From Bacteroidota bacterium (GTDB lineage: Bacteria; Bacteroidota; Bacteroidia; Flavobacteriales; Flavobacteriaceae), in assembly GCA_046048095.1 (NCBI GenBank), contig JBJOGS010000029.1:1-61180 (forward strand): a stretch of 61,180 nucleotides of DNA, given 5' to 3'. Made by a program: the position numbers and the translations under genes. The number at the start of each line of letters is the position of its first letter. Positions within the stretch are counted from its first letter, which is position 1. Below, in pieces: positions 1 to 9,208 of this stretch. The notes below the pieces were generated by a model. That model was not told the origin of the DNA. It worked only from the letters and a program-made list of their open reading frames with translations, and made no database searches.

Positions 1-498
1 CTTAAGGAGGTCTAAAGAAAGTAAGGTGCAACAAAAGCTAAGGCTGCGCTCGGTAACGCTGAAGGCCCCTTTCGCACGCTTAAATTTCTCATAGGGGTAA
101 TTGATTTTTTGATGCTCATCCGTGGTCACTGCTCCGATGAGGCCAGGGCGTGAAGTGGCAGTTTGATATGCGATCAATTGCTTAAACGTGTCTTTCTGAA
201 CGGTGACATCTGACTCTACAATGATGAGCGGGACATTCATCGTTATCGCCTCTTTTTGAGCTAACTGCAACACGAGTTTGTAATTAGGAGAAGGATGGCT
301 GGTCAGGGTTTCGAGATGGACGAGTTCAAAATTCGTCGCCTTCGCTGCCTCTCTAAGGCCTGCTTTTGTTTCATCGTCACTAAAATCGTCATAAACGATG
401 TGCCGAAGAGCGATTGTTGAAGCGGAAATTGCTTCGCAGGCTTCAAGGGTGTTTTGAAGGGAATTTTTTACTGGGGTAATGACGAGAGCGTTGTACAT
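1..498 (-). CDS. GT-A fold (family 2-like) glycosyltransferase, N-terminal 166 codons; the C-terminus lies beyond the window edge
   Basis: Not in the supplied ORF track because it is open at the window edge. My translation from ATG (complement of 496-498) is MYNALVITPVKNSLQNTLEACEAIS...VYDDFSDDET...IIVESDV..., uninterrupted to base 1. The layout VITPVKN / DDxSxDxT / ESD resembles GT2 motifs. Its start lies 6 nt downstream of the arsS stop, suggesting an operon. Confidence 0.6.
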   Translation of the reverse strand, partial: MYNALVITPVKNSLQNTLEACEAISASTIALRHIVYDDFSDDETKAGLREAAKATNFELVHLETLTSHPSPNYKLVLQLAQKEAITMNVPLIIVESDVTVQKDTFKQLIAYQTATSRPGLIGAVTTDEHQKINYPYEKFKRAKGAFSVTERSLSFCCTLLSLDLLK

Positions 499-504
499 TT
501 TTGG

Positions 505-1554
505 CTAAGTTAAGCTGCCTTGACATGAACTACCCGCTCCAGCGGTGCACCCATAGCAGTGTTGATGCACTTGGATGGAGCGCTCTTGAAGCGCCGCCAC
601 ATCGAACTGGTCGATGTGCCTTGACGCCCCTGAAACAGGCAGGTCTAGCATTTGGTTGAAATCACAGTCGTAGAGCATTCCGTTCCATCCGACCGAAAGG
701 GTGTTGGTGCACATTACCCCTGCGAGCGTGGCAGGATTGAATGCGTCGACTAAAGTATGCATGTACTCGTCGAAATTTCCAGAGGCGACGAGGTAGTCTA
801 GAAAACGTGAAATGGGCAGGTTATTGATGCAGAATAATTGATTGAAAACGATGCCGAACTGATCGAAAAGTTTCGATTTGAAATCACGCTCTAGTTGAGA
901 TTGATCCATGGATAGAAAGGCCCCGGCGGGGTTATACACTAAATCAAGCACAAGATCAGGATGGCTTCCATATCCTAATTTATTTAGTTGCTTTAGAGCG
1001 CTAATTGATTTGTTGAAGACCCCTTCTCCGCGCTGTTTGTCAGTGCGCTTTAAACTGTAGTGAGGCAACGATGAGACCACTCTGACTTTCATTTCTTTAA
1101 AGAAACCGGGAAGCGTTTTATATGTCAGATTAGCCTCTAGAATGGTCAGGTTCGAACGCACAATAATTTCATTAACGCCCTGCCTCTTGGCCTCTGCCAC
1201 CAAATAGCGAAAGTGCGGGTTCATTTCAGGGGCACCCCCAGTAAGGTCTAGTATGTTGACCTTGGTGCGCTGAACGACGGCCAATACCTTGTTTATCGTC
1301 TCAAGGTCCATCACCTCTTTGCGGTCGGGCCCTGCATCAACATGACAATGCGCACAAACTTGGTTACAGAGGTATCCAAGGTTCACCTGAAGAATTTCAA
1401 GCTTAGAGGGCTTCAAAGGAAAGGCGTTAAGCGCTTCGAGCCGCTCTTTAAACCAAGGCAGTTCTTTCTTGACAAACGGGCCGCTTTCTAATTGTTTTAG
1501 CTGTTGGGCGGTATTAGCTAACGGGTTGGCCCTAGAGTGCAATGATTTAAGCAT
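505..1554 (-). CDS. arsS: Radical SAM / Cys-rich-domain protein of the ArsS (arsenosugar biosynthesis) family
   Basis: CxxxCxxC motif at C63/C67/C70 (LQVNLGYLCNQVCAHCHVDAGPDR). C-terminal Cys-rich tail HCYGCTAGAGSSCQG. Size 349 aa. Paired with an AhpD-like gene. Confidence 0.85.
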   Translation of the reverse strand: MLKSLHSRANPLANTAQQLKQLESGPFVKKELPWFKERLEALNAFPLKPSKLEILQVNLGYLCNQVCAHCHVDAGPDRKEVMDLETINKVLAVVQRTKVNILDLTGGAPEMNPHFRYLVAEAKRQGVNEIIVRSNLTILEANLTYKTLPGFFKEMKVRVVSSLPHYSLKRTDKQRGEGVFNKSISALKQLNKLGYGSHPDLVLDLVYNPAGAFLSMDQSQLERDFKSKLFDQFGIVFNQLFCINNLPISRFLDYLVASGNFDEYMHTLVDAFNPATLAGVMCTNTLSVGWNGMLYDCDFNQMLDLPVSGASRHIDQFDVAALQERSIQVHQHCYGCTAGAGSSCQGSLT

Positions 1555-1555
1555 G

Positions 1556-1891
1556 CTAAAGACTTAGTTTGTCATGCTTGTTCATCATCTGAACCGCGTG
1601 TACAAGGGTTGCTCCAGCCTCGATGGCCGCACCGGCGTGAACGGCCTCCATCATCTCTTCTTCACTGATACCGCGCTTTAGGCTGTCTTGAGTGTAGGCA
1701 TCTATACAATAAGGACATTTTACGACATGTGATACGGCGAGAGCAATAAGTGATTTTTCACGAGCTGAAAGTGCGCCTTCTTCGAATACTTTTTGGTAGT
1801 AAGAAAAAAATGCGTCGCCTAATGGGGCGCTCCAATCGCTGATGTTTTTGAATTTTTTTAAATCTTTTGGGTCGTAGTATGAGTCGCTCAT
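1556..1891 (-). CDS. Carboxymuconolactone decarboxylase/AhpD-like 'arsenosugar biosynthesis-associated peroxidase-like' protein
   Basis: 111 aa with the CMD-family CxxC motif (VVKCPYCIDAYT). Lies 1 nt upstream of arsS. Confidence 0.85.
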   Translation of the reverse strand: MSDSYYDPKDLKKFKNISDWSAPLGDAFFSYYQKVFEEGALSAREKSLIALAVSHVVKCPYCIDAYTQDSLKRGISEEEMMEAVHAGAAIEAGATLVHAVQMMNKHDKLSL

Positions 1892-1963
1892 GGTTTGAGA
1901 ATTTCGTAAGCCTTAAAGTTACAACCAAATTATCCCTCATCCATTATTTTCTAACTTTGCGGG

Positions 1964-2758
1964 GTGACGAAGTCAGCTACAGAAACGGCGCTTGTACTCT
2001 CTGGCGGAGGCATTAGAGGGATGGCGCATATTGGGTTTATCAAAGCGCTACAAGAGCATGGTATCGCAATTGATCGTGTGTCTGGGGCAAGCGCGGGCGC
2101 CTTAGTAGGCGCCTTGTTTTGCAACGGAAACAGCACCGATGATATGCTCGCCTTTTTTAAAGAAACCCCGCTATTTAGATACAACTATTTCAGCATCAAC
2201 AAACCCGGGTTGATTGATACCGATCGGTATTATTCTGTGTTGAAGGGCTATTTAATGCACGACGCCTTCGAATCACTTCAGCTTCCTTTGCACGTGGCAG
2301 CCACGAATTTGCAAGAAGGTTATTTGCGCGAATTTAACAGCGGGCCTTTGATTAAGCCGTTGTTGGCTTCCGCCTCGCTTAGTCCTGTTTTTAGCCCTGT
2401 AGAGATTGAAGGACAGCTTTATGCTGACGGAGGCATCCTAAGCAATTTCCCATTAGAGTTTGTGGCAAATCGCGCTCAAAGAATTATCGGCTCAAATACC
2501 ACCGAATTGAGCAATGTATCATCACGACATTTAAAGAATGCGCTGCAAATCACAGCTCGAGTAAGCAGTCTAATGATTTATTCACGGACCAAAGAGAAGC
2601 TCGAGCGCTGCGATTTTTATATCCAACCTAAAGGACTTAAAAAGATTGGCTTCCTCGATAAATCGGGTATTGAGCAAGCCTACGAAATTGGTTACAACGA
2701 AGGATGCAAAGTGATCACGGACTTTCTTAAAAGGCAAGAAAGGCAATCCGCCGGCTAG
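1964..2758 (+). CDS. Patatin-like phospholipase
   Basis: GGGIRG oxyanion motif, GASAG (GxSxG) nucleophile elbow and catalytic ADGG motif. GTG start, so the start position is uncertain. Confidence 0.85.
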   Translation: MTKSATETALVLSGGGIRGMAHIGFIKALQEHGIAIDRVSGASAGALVGALFCNGNSTDDMLAFFKETPLFRYNYFSINKPGLIDTDRYYSVLKGYLMHDAFESLQLPLHVAATNLQEGYLREFNSGPLIKPLLASASLSPVFSPVEIEGQLYADGGILSNFPLEFVANRAQRIIGSNTTELSNVSSRHLKNALQITARVSSLMIYSRTKEKLERCDFYIQPKGLKKIGFLDKSGIEQAYEIGYNEGCKVITDFLKRQERQSAG

Positions 2759-3795
2759 ACCTCGTCAAAATCAATACTGAGCTTGGCAGAGGTCGCCTTT
2801 GCTTGACAGCTGAGCAAATATCCTTGCTCGATCTCTTTGTCTGTGAGTACTTGGTTTCGCTCCATGGCCGCGCTTCCTTCAGTGATTTTACAGATACAAC
2901 TGCTACAGGTTCCGCCTTGGCACGAGTATGGGGCGTCAATACCTTCTTCTAGTAACAAGTCGAGCACAAACTCGTTTGCATCCCCGTGAACAGTATACGT
3001 TTGGTTGTCTAACTGCACGGTGATCTCCACTGCCCCTTCGGTGGCCACTTCATTCACCTCGGACGAAGCTGTGAATAGCTCAAACCTAATAGATGCTTCG
3101 GGCATGCCCGAAGCACTTAAGACCGCTTTGGATTCATGAATCATCGCCTCTGGACCGCACAAGTAGGCGAGATCAAAAGCGTCGATTCCTCCTGAAGCTT
3201 TCGTGCTGTGGTGAATGACTGCTTTATCGATGCGACCGAAATAATCACCATCGTTCTTGCGCGAAAAGATTTGTTTTATCGTAAGTCTTTCTGGAAATCG
3301 TTCTTGAAGTTCTTGAAGCACTGATGCGTACATCACATTTGATGCGTCGGTGTTGCCATAGAGAAGCAATAGGCTGCTGCGCTCTTGGGTTTCTAATAAG
3401 GAGCGAGCGATGCTGAGTACTGGAGTAATTCCGCTTCCTGCGGCTAGGGCTAACACCTTACTGCCCTCTGGGGCGGTGTATGTAAAACGCCCTTCAGGGG
3501 CAGAGACTCGAAGCACCTCTCCGGCTTTTAACTGCCGATTAGCGATCGCTGAAAAAAGCGCTCCTTTGTCGAGCTCTTTGATGCCGAGTTGAAGCGTTTC
3601 TTGTCCGGGTAAGTTTGATAGCGAATAAGACCTTCTTAATTCTTGCCCTTCTTGAGTGGTGTAATTTATCGTGATGTATTGACCAGGAACGAACTGAAAA
3701 ACGGACGTTAGCTCGCTAGGAATCTTAAGCTGTACGTTTACCGCCTTTGATGTAAGTCGATCCACTGAATGAATCACTAGGTCGTAAAACTGCAT
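2755..3795 (-). CDS. Ferredoxin-NAD(P) reductase fused to a plant-type 2Fe-2S ferredoxin (PaaK/PaaE-like oxidoreductase)
   Basis: RSYSLS FAD motif, GSGITP NAD(P) motif and a C-terminal CQGGTCSSCICK...C cluster. Confidence 0.85.
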   Translation of the reverse strand: MQFYDLVIHSVDRLTSKAVNVQLKIPSELTSVFQFVPGQYITINYTTQEGQELRRSYSLSNLPGQETLQLGIKELDKGALFSAIANRQLKAGEVLRVSAPEGRFTYTAPEGSKVLALAAGSGITPVLSIARSLLETQERSSLLLLYGNTDASNVMYASVLQELQERFPERLTIKQIFSRKNDGDYFGRIDKAVIHHSTKASGGIDAFDLAYLCGPEAMIHESKAVLSASGMPEASIRFELFTASSEVNEVATEGAVEITVQLDNQTYTVHGDANEFVLDLLLEEGIDAPYSCQGGTCSSCICKITEGSAAMERNQVLTDKEIEQGYLLSCQAKATSAKLSIDFDEV

Positions 3796-3869
3796 AAGTC
3801 GAAATTTAGATGCAAAAGTACAAACTGTGAAGGTTTCTTATTCGCACAACTCCGTTTACCTTTGATCTT

Positions 3870-6038
3870 ATGGGGGTAAATTTTGTTCGGATTTACGGGG
3901 TGCTGTTGCTAGGTATTTTAGCCTCTTCTTGTGCTGTTTCACCTAAGTTGCGATCATCGGCAATCCAAGAGATCAGCGCCAATTATAACGTGCTGTTTCA
4001 TGGCGAAGAATCACTGAGCCAAGCCATTCAAGCCTTAGATAGCATGGAAGAAGATTACGGCCTTTCTCTTTCATTTCTAGCGCCCTCGTTGAGAGCGGGT
4101 GTGAGAGATAGTTCGATTTTTGATCTTTTAGATCGTGCTGAAACTAAGGCCGTTAAGGCCATACAGAAGCACAGCGTGATGCGCGACAAGGTCGAATTTA
4201 ATAAACACATTCCTCGTGCGTATAACCTTCTTGGAATGGCTCGGTTGCTCAGAGCAGCGCCCTACGAAGCCATAGAGGCTTTTGAAAAGGCAAAGACGTT
4301 AGCACCTTCTCGCGAACAGCTCGACCGGGCGAACTGGGGCCTTGCTCTGGCAAGATATCATTTAGGCAATTCAGAAGTGGCGCTAGACCACCTGCGATCG
4401 CTTCAGCTGAGCCTAAAATCAAGACGTCTTTCAGAAGAGGTGAACTTGCTCATCTTTGAGATTACACGCACGACCTCACCTGAGTCACTAGAAGCACTTT
4501 TAGATCGTGCAATCGAGAAAGGAGCACTAAAATCATTTTCTGTGCGATCTGTGTACGCAATGGCTCAAGCCTATGAGGCAATGGCACAGATCGAAAAGGC
4601 GAAGCGACTTTATACACACGCTTCTCGAACCAAAGGGTATGCCAATGCGCGGTTCCGGACCCTTGCGTCGCTCAGGCTGGCAACGCTTTCAGCAACAGAC
4701 TCTTTGGAGCTCTTTAGACGACTGGCCAAAATTGAAAGTCGCTGGAGCAACTATGATCAGCGCTTTTATGTGGATCACGAAAGAGGCCAATGGTTTTTGA
4801 ACCAAGCGCTAAGTTATGAGAACGACAGCGTATCAGCCCTAGCTGAACAACGAGCTTTAACAGCCTTTAGTCGCTCAAATGCCACGGCAACTGAACGGGT
4901 GCAGGCGCTGAATTACGAACTTTTGGCTCAACACTTTTTTGCGCAGAAAGATTACTCGGTCGCTTATGCATTCTACGACACCTTGGTAGGCGGATTTTCA
5001 AATCGGTTAGTAAGACGCCCAGCAACCTCGAACGAACTGTTGAGTAAGCTGAATAGGTATCTCGAAGTCACTGCGGCACTAGGCATTTCAGACAGCCTGC
5101 TTACAATGAACAAGCAAAGTGTCTTAGAAAGCGCGCAAGACGAGATGCTTACCTTGATGCCGCTCATGGAAAATAGTGTGCGATCTTCAAAGGGGCCTAG
5201 TTTGATGGCGGCTTTGCGCGACGAAAAGGCAGCGCTGTCTATTGAGGCTGCCGGATTATTGGCTTATGATTTTGAAGACCTCCAGGGGGCGGTGGCGCTT
5301 TTAGTTCCGCTTACAGCGAGCGACTTCTCGAATGAAATCAGGGCCGCGGCTCTTTATCGTTTGCACCAGGCGTATATGTTGTTTGAAAAAAAGGATCAGG
5401 CCCAGCAGTATGCGAGCGCCCTGCTCGATGAGCATCCGAACAGTATTTACATGCTTTATTTAAATTCCGCCGAGGTGGCGGTTGGGCCTTTAGAGGCGCA
5501 ATTGGCTGATTACTTTGCAGCGTATCGATTTCACGAGGCCTATAACTTGTTAGAAAAGGCCTATCAAGAACGCCTTCCGCTAGGGCCTGAAAGCTTACTT
5601 ATGGCAGCCATGATTGAAGCGCAATTGTTTGGGACTGCAAGGTATGTCTCGCGCCTTGAAGAAATCAAACAGGTGTTCAGAAATACTTGGGCCCAACGAG
5701 AGGCCACAAGGCTTATCGAAGAAGTAGCTGAAATTCAAAAGGCTGAAAATGTTCAATCTGAGCGTTATGCTTTAGTGTTTTATTCTGATGAACAGACCCT
5801 TGAGAAAACAAGAGAGTTAGCAGCTCAAAAGTTGCGCGAGCAGAATTACGATCTTAGCGCAGTGATCGATCCGTTTGATCAACAATCGAGTTATTTGGTT
5901 GTCGGATGGTTTGCGAGTGAGGCTTATGCTGATGCATTCTATAAGCGCAATGCACCAGAGTTAAAGTTGCAGAGGCACATTATTATTTCTCAAGAGCGCT
6001 ATCTCTCAGCTCAATGGGACAAAACCCCCTTATTTTGA
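3870..6038 (+). CDS. TPR-like repeat lipoprotein, function unknown
   Basis: Lipoprotein-type signal (LLGILASSC). Long helical, Ala/Leu-rich repeat sequence. Its 3' end overlaps the first atp-operon gene by 25 nt. Confidence 0.6.
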   Translation: MGVNFVRIYGVLLLGILASSCAVSPKLRSSAIQEISANYNVLFHGEESLSQAIQALDSMEEDYGLSLSFLAPSLRAGVRDSSIFDLLDRAETKAVKAIQKHSVMRDKVEFNKHIPRAYNLLGMARLLRAAPYEAIEAFEKAKTLAPSREQLDRANWGLALARYHLGNSEVALDHLRSLQLSLKSRRLSEEVNLLIFEITRTTSPESLEALLDRAIEKGALKSFSVRSVYAMAQAYEAMAQIEKAKRLYTHASRTKGYANARFRTLASLRLATLSATDSLELFRRLAKIESRWSNYDQRFYVDHERGQWFLNQALSYENDSVSALAEQRALTAFSRSNATATERVQALNYELLAQHFFAQKDYSVAYAFYDTLVGGFSNRLVRRPATSNELLSKLNRYLEVTAALGISDSLLTMNKQSVLESAQDEMLTLMPLMENSVRSSKGPSLMAALRDEKAALSIEAAGLLAYDFEDLQGAVALLVPLTASDFSNEIRAAALYRLHQAYMLFEKKDQAQQYASALLDEHPNSIYMLYLNSAEVAVGPLEAQLADYFAAYRFHEAYNLLEKAYQERLPLGPESLLMAAMIEAQLFGTARYVSRLEEIKQVFRNTWAQREATRLIEEVAEIQKAENVQSERYALVFYSDEQTLEKTRELAAQKLREQNYDLSAVIDPFDQQSSYLVVGWFASEAYADAFYKRNAPELKLQRHIIISQERYLSAQWDKTPLF

Positions 6039-6247
6039 ACTCGAATCGATTTAATAAGGCCATAAAATACAGTGGAATTGCTATACAAATGGCAGTGACG
6101 ATAGCCCTTTGTAATGCCATCGGAAAGTGGGCTGCTGTGCGGTTTGGACAAGAATGGTTGGTTTCAGCCCTCACTCTTTTCGGTATTTTTGGAGCGATGG
6201 CCTTAGTGATCGTACAAGTCATTAGGGACCAAAAAGAATCAGAATGA
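6014..6247 (+). CDS. atpZ: AtpZ/AtpI-family small membrane protein (ATP synthase protein I-like)
   Basis: 77 aa with two TM segments. The segment FNKAIKYSGIAIQMAVTIALCNAIGKW is typical of Bacteroidota AtpZ. Sits at the head of the atp operon. Confidence 0.6.
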   Translation: MGQNPLILNSNRFNKAIKYSGIAIQMAVTIALCNAIGKWAAVRFGQEWLVSALTLFGIFGAMALVIVQVIRDQKESE

Positions 6248-6531
6248 TAAAGGCCTCCATGACCGCGTTTATCGTGTTTTTTGCACTGACCACAGCATTG
6301 GTTATACTGGGCTTGTACCTGCTCAAGCGCAAAAAGCGCATGAGTTATTTGGGTCCCGTCTATCTTGGGACGATGCTGTTGAAGATGGTGTTGTTTGGTT
6401 TGATCTTCTATCCCTTTTTGGTCGATTTAGAGTTCATGTCTAAGCTTGAAAGAGCTCAACCGCTCATACCGCTTTTCGCTACACTTTTTTTAGAAGTAGT
6501 GGCGGTGAATAAAATGCTTAAGGACAGCTAA
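6244..6531 (+). CDS. Small 3-TM membrane protein of unknown function in the atp operon
   Basis: ATGA start/stop overlap with atpZ. Hydrophobic 95-aa product. Confidence 0.55.
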   Translation: MIKASMTAFIVFFALTTALVILGLYLLKRKKRMSYLGPVYLGTMLLKMVLFGLIFYPFLVDLEFMSKLERAQPLIPLFATLFLEVVAVNKMLKDS

Positions 6532-6632
6532 AAAGACGCTAGCTTAAAACTTTATTTGAGGACTGTTTTAGTTGATGATAATGCATATCTTTGCCGAAAT
6601 TTTAACAAAAGTTCCCCTTAAAAGGAGTTTTA

Positions 6633-7853
6633 ATGAAGTCGAGAAGCCGTTCTTTATCCGCCCTCTTTTTTGTACTCTTGATTGCGCTTTTGCCTTTAGA
6701 AATGAAGGCCGCCACGCTCACTTTTAACAGTGACAACGCTCCGGCTCAAAGCGAAGAAGGAGCAGTAGACACTCAAGAAAAAATCTCGGCCTATATCGAG
6801 CACCACATTAAAGACGCGCACGACTTTCATTTGTTTTCTTACAATGATGCCGAAGGACACAGAAAACACGTAGGCTTTCCGCTTCCGGTCATCGTCTACA
6901 CCTCTCAGGGATTGCGCGCGTTTACGTCTTCTGAGTTTCACCATGACGATAGTGGCCACCACGTGGTAGAGAAAGAAGGGGTGAGACTAGTTAAGTACCA
7001 CGAAAAAATATATGAGTTAAATCAAGGTGAATCTGCTCTTTCTTTTGGAGAGGATGCGCATCACCAAACATCATCGACTTCATTGTCAGATGAACTATCC
7101 TCGATTGCAGAGACTGAGCAGTTCGATGCTTCTCACCATCCAGTAAATGCACACGCGGTACTCGATCTCTCGATTACCAAAAGCGTCTTTGGATTTCTGT
7201 TGGTCTCTTTGCTGTTACTCGTTGGTTTTAGATCATTGGCCAATCAATATAAAAAACGGGCTATTCCCGTAGGTTTTGGCCGCGTATTAGAACCTCTAGT
7301 ACTTTACGTCAGAGACGAGATTGCCAGACCTAATATTGGCGAAAAGCATTACAAACGGTTTACAGGATTTTTGTTGACAGTTTTTTTCTTTATTTGGGCC
7401 TCTAATCTCTTAGGCTTAACGCCTCTTGGATTCAATATTACAGGCCAGTTAGCAGTAACTTTTACCCTTGCCCTGTTTACCTACATCATTACCCAGTTCA
7501 GTGGCAATAAAGATTATTGGAAACACATCTTTTGGATGCCCGGCGTTCCGGCTCCGATGAAAATCATTTTGGCGCCGATTGAATTGCTCGGAACCATCAC
7601 CAAGCCCTTCTCTTTGATGATTCGTCTATTTGCGAACATTTCTGCAGGGCACATTGTGGTGATGAGTTTAATTTCAATTGCCATCATCATGAAAAGTAGC
7701 ATGGGAGCAGTCGGAGCCACGGCTTTGTCATTTGCTCTTTCATTCTTTTTGACTTTGATCGAATTATTAGTGGCGTTTTTGCAGGCCTATATTTTTACGA
7801 TGCTATCTGCTTTGTTCATTGGCATGGCGGTGCAAGAACACGACCACCACTAA
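6633..7853 (+). CDS. atpB: F0F1 ATP synthase subunit a (long Bacteroidota form)
   Basis: Conserved RLFANISAGH motif and C-terminal TM bundle. N-terminal extension with a signal-like segment and the FHHDDSGHHVVEKEG block. Confidence 0.9.
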   Translation: MKSRSRSLSALFFVLLIALLPLEMKAATLTFNSDNAPAQSEEGAVDTQEKISAYIEHHIKDAHDFHLFSYNDAEGHRKHVGFPLPVIVYTSQGLRAFTSSEFHHDDSGHHVVEKEGVRLVKYHEKIYELNQGESALSFGEDAHHQTSSTSLSDELSSIAETEQFDASHHPVNAHAVLDLSITKSVFGFLLVSLLLLVGFRSLANQYKKRAIPVGFGRVLEPLVLYVRDEIARPNIGEKHYKRFTGFLLTVFFFIWASNLLGLTPLGFNITGQLAVTFTLALFTYIITQFSGNKDYWKHIFWMPGVPAPMKIILAPIELLGTITKPFSLMIRLFANISAGHIVVMSLISIAIIMKSSMGAVGATALSFALSFFLTLIELLVAFLQAYIFTMLSALFIGMAVQEHDHH

Positions 7854-7865
7854 CCTTTTAATTAA

Positions 7866-8084
<219 letters not shown>

Positions 8085-8106
8085 ACCTTAAAAATGAGAA
8101 GCTGGT

Positions 8107-8129
8107 GCGCGCAGCGGTTGGCTGCGCGC
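8107..8129 (+). promoter_or_regulatory. Intercistronic GC-rich stem-loop between atpE and atpF
   Basis: Perfect 9-bp stem, gcgcgcagc (8107-8115) / gctgcgcgc (8121-8129), with loop ggttg. No U-run follows, so it is not a canonical terminator. Confidence 0.4.
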
Positions 8130-8154
8130 CTAGCCTATCACAACGCATAACATT

Positions 8155-8658
8155 ATGGAACAATTAATTAACGATTTTTCTCCGGGCTTGTTCATCATGC
8201 AGAGCATCTTGATGCTTGTCGTGATATTCTTAATGGTAAAGTTTGCCTGGAAGCCTATAGTATCATCGCTTGAAGAACGAGAAGAGGGGATTAAAAAAGC
8301 GCTCGAATCTGCCGAGCAGGCAAAAGCAGAGATGGAGAATATTTCTTCAGCAAACGAACAACTGCTTAAAGAAGCAAGAGAAGAGCGCGAGCAATTGATG
8401 AAAGAAGCGAGAGAGACGAAGGCCAAACTCATTGCTGATGCAGAAGAGGCCGCTCAAGAAGAGAGCGCCAAAATCATTGCTAAGGCTAAGGTTTCTATTG
8501 AACTTGAAAAGAAAGAGGCTTTAGCACAGATTAAAAAAGAAGCAGCTTCTCTTTCGGTGGCTCTAGCGGAGAAAATTCTAAAAGAAGAACTCTCAACTGC
8601 CTCTAAGAACGCTGAACACATTGAAAAACTACTCAAAGAGGTGTCTCTTAAGCCCTAA
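8155..8658 (+). CDS. atpF: F0F1 ATP synthase subunit b
   Basis: Single N-terminal TM followed by a long charged coiled coil. Operon position fits. Confidence 0.85.
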   Translation: MEQLINDFSPGLFIMQSILMLVVIFLMVKFAWKPIVSSLEEREEGIKKALESAEQAKAEMENISSANEQLLKEAREEREQLMKEARETKAKLIADAEEAAQEESAKIIAKAKVSIELEKKEALAQIKKEAASLSVALAEKILKEELSTASKNAEHIEKLLKEVSLKP

Positions 8659-8664
8659 GCGTCA

Positions 8665-9207
8665 ATGAAACAATCTAGAGCATCAATACGGTATGCCAAG
8701 GCGTATTTAGAAGTGGCAAATGATCGCAATAGCTTAGATCAGGCAGCAGCAGATATGCGCACGATTCAAGAAACTGTGGCTGCATCAAAAGAACTTTCGG
8801 CGGTGCTTGAAAACCCTATGACTAGTCCGGTGCTGAAAAAGTCGATTCTCGACGAGTTGTTTAAAGATCTAAGTCAGGTCACTAAAGACTTGCTCAAAGT
8901 TCTTTCAGAGAATGATCGTCTTGAGCTGCTCGACGACATTGCTGAGCGTTTTGTGGCGCTTCTTGCAAAGCATCGAGGCCAAGTTAGAGCGACCTTGACC
9001 ATTAGTTCGCCTGAGCAGAAGGATGCGCTTGAAAAAACGGTACTCAATCTATTGAACGAGCAGGGGTATTCGAATGTGTTGCTTCAGGTTGAGGTGGACG
9101 CAGCGCTTATTGGCGGGTTTGTATTAAAGCTAGATGACCTGCTCTACGATGCTAGCGTGGCCGGAAAAATTAAACGTGTAAAAAAAGAATTTTCAAACAG
9201 TCTATAA
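8665..9207 (+). CDS. atpH: F0F1 ATP synthase subunit delta (OSCP)
   Basis: 180 aa. Lies between atpF and atpA. C-terminal [17 protein letters not shown] is an OSCP-like motif. Confidence 0.85.
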   Translation: MKQSRASIRYAKAYLEVANDRNSLDQAAADMRTIQETVAASKELSAVLENPMTSPVLKKSILDELFKDLSQVTKDLLKVLSENDRLELLDDIAERFVALLAKHRGQVRATLTISSPEQKDALEKTVLNLLNEQGYSNVLLQVEVDAALIGGFVLKLDDLLYDASVAGKIKRVKKEFSNSL

Positions 9208-9208
9208 C

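Noticed and set aside
1964-2758. Patatin-like phospholipase as a possible CBASS or defence effector
   Set aside because: No cyclase, nucleotidyltransferase, E1/E2/JAB or other signalling gene is adjacent. Its neighbours are metabolic genes, so it looks like a housekeeping RssA-type lipase.
3857-3864. TACCTTTG -7-like box 5 nt upstream of the TPR-lipoprotein ATG
   Set aside because: It is too close to the annotated start to distinguish a leaderless transcript from chance, and no -33 element was seen. It is not reported as a feature.
6633-7200. His-rich roughly 190-aa N-terminal extension of AtpB as a possible metal-binding novelty
   Set aside because: The blocks HHIKDAHDFH and FHHDDSGHHVVEKEG match what I recall as the standard long N-terminus of Bacteroidota subunit a. 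Only the acidic/Ser linker looks lineage-specific.
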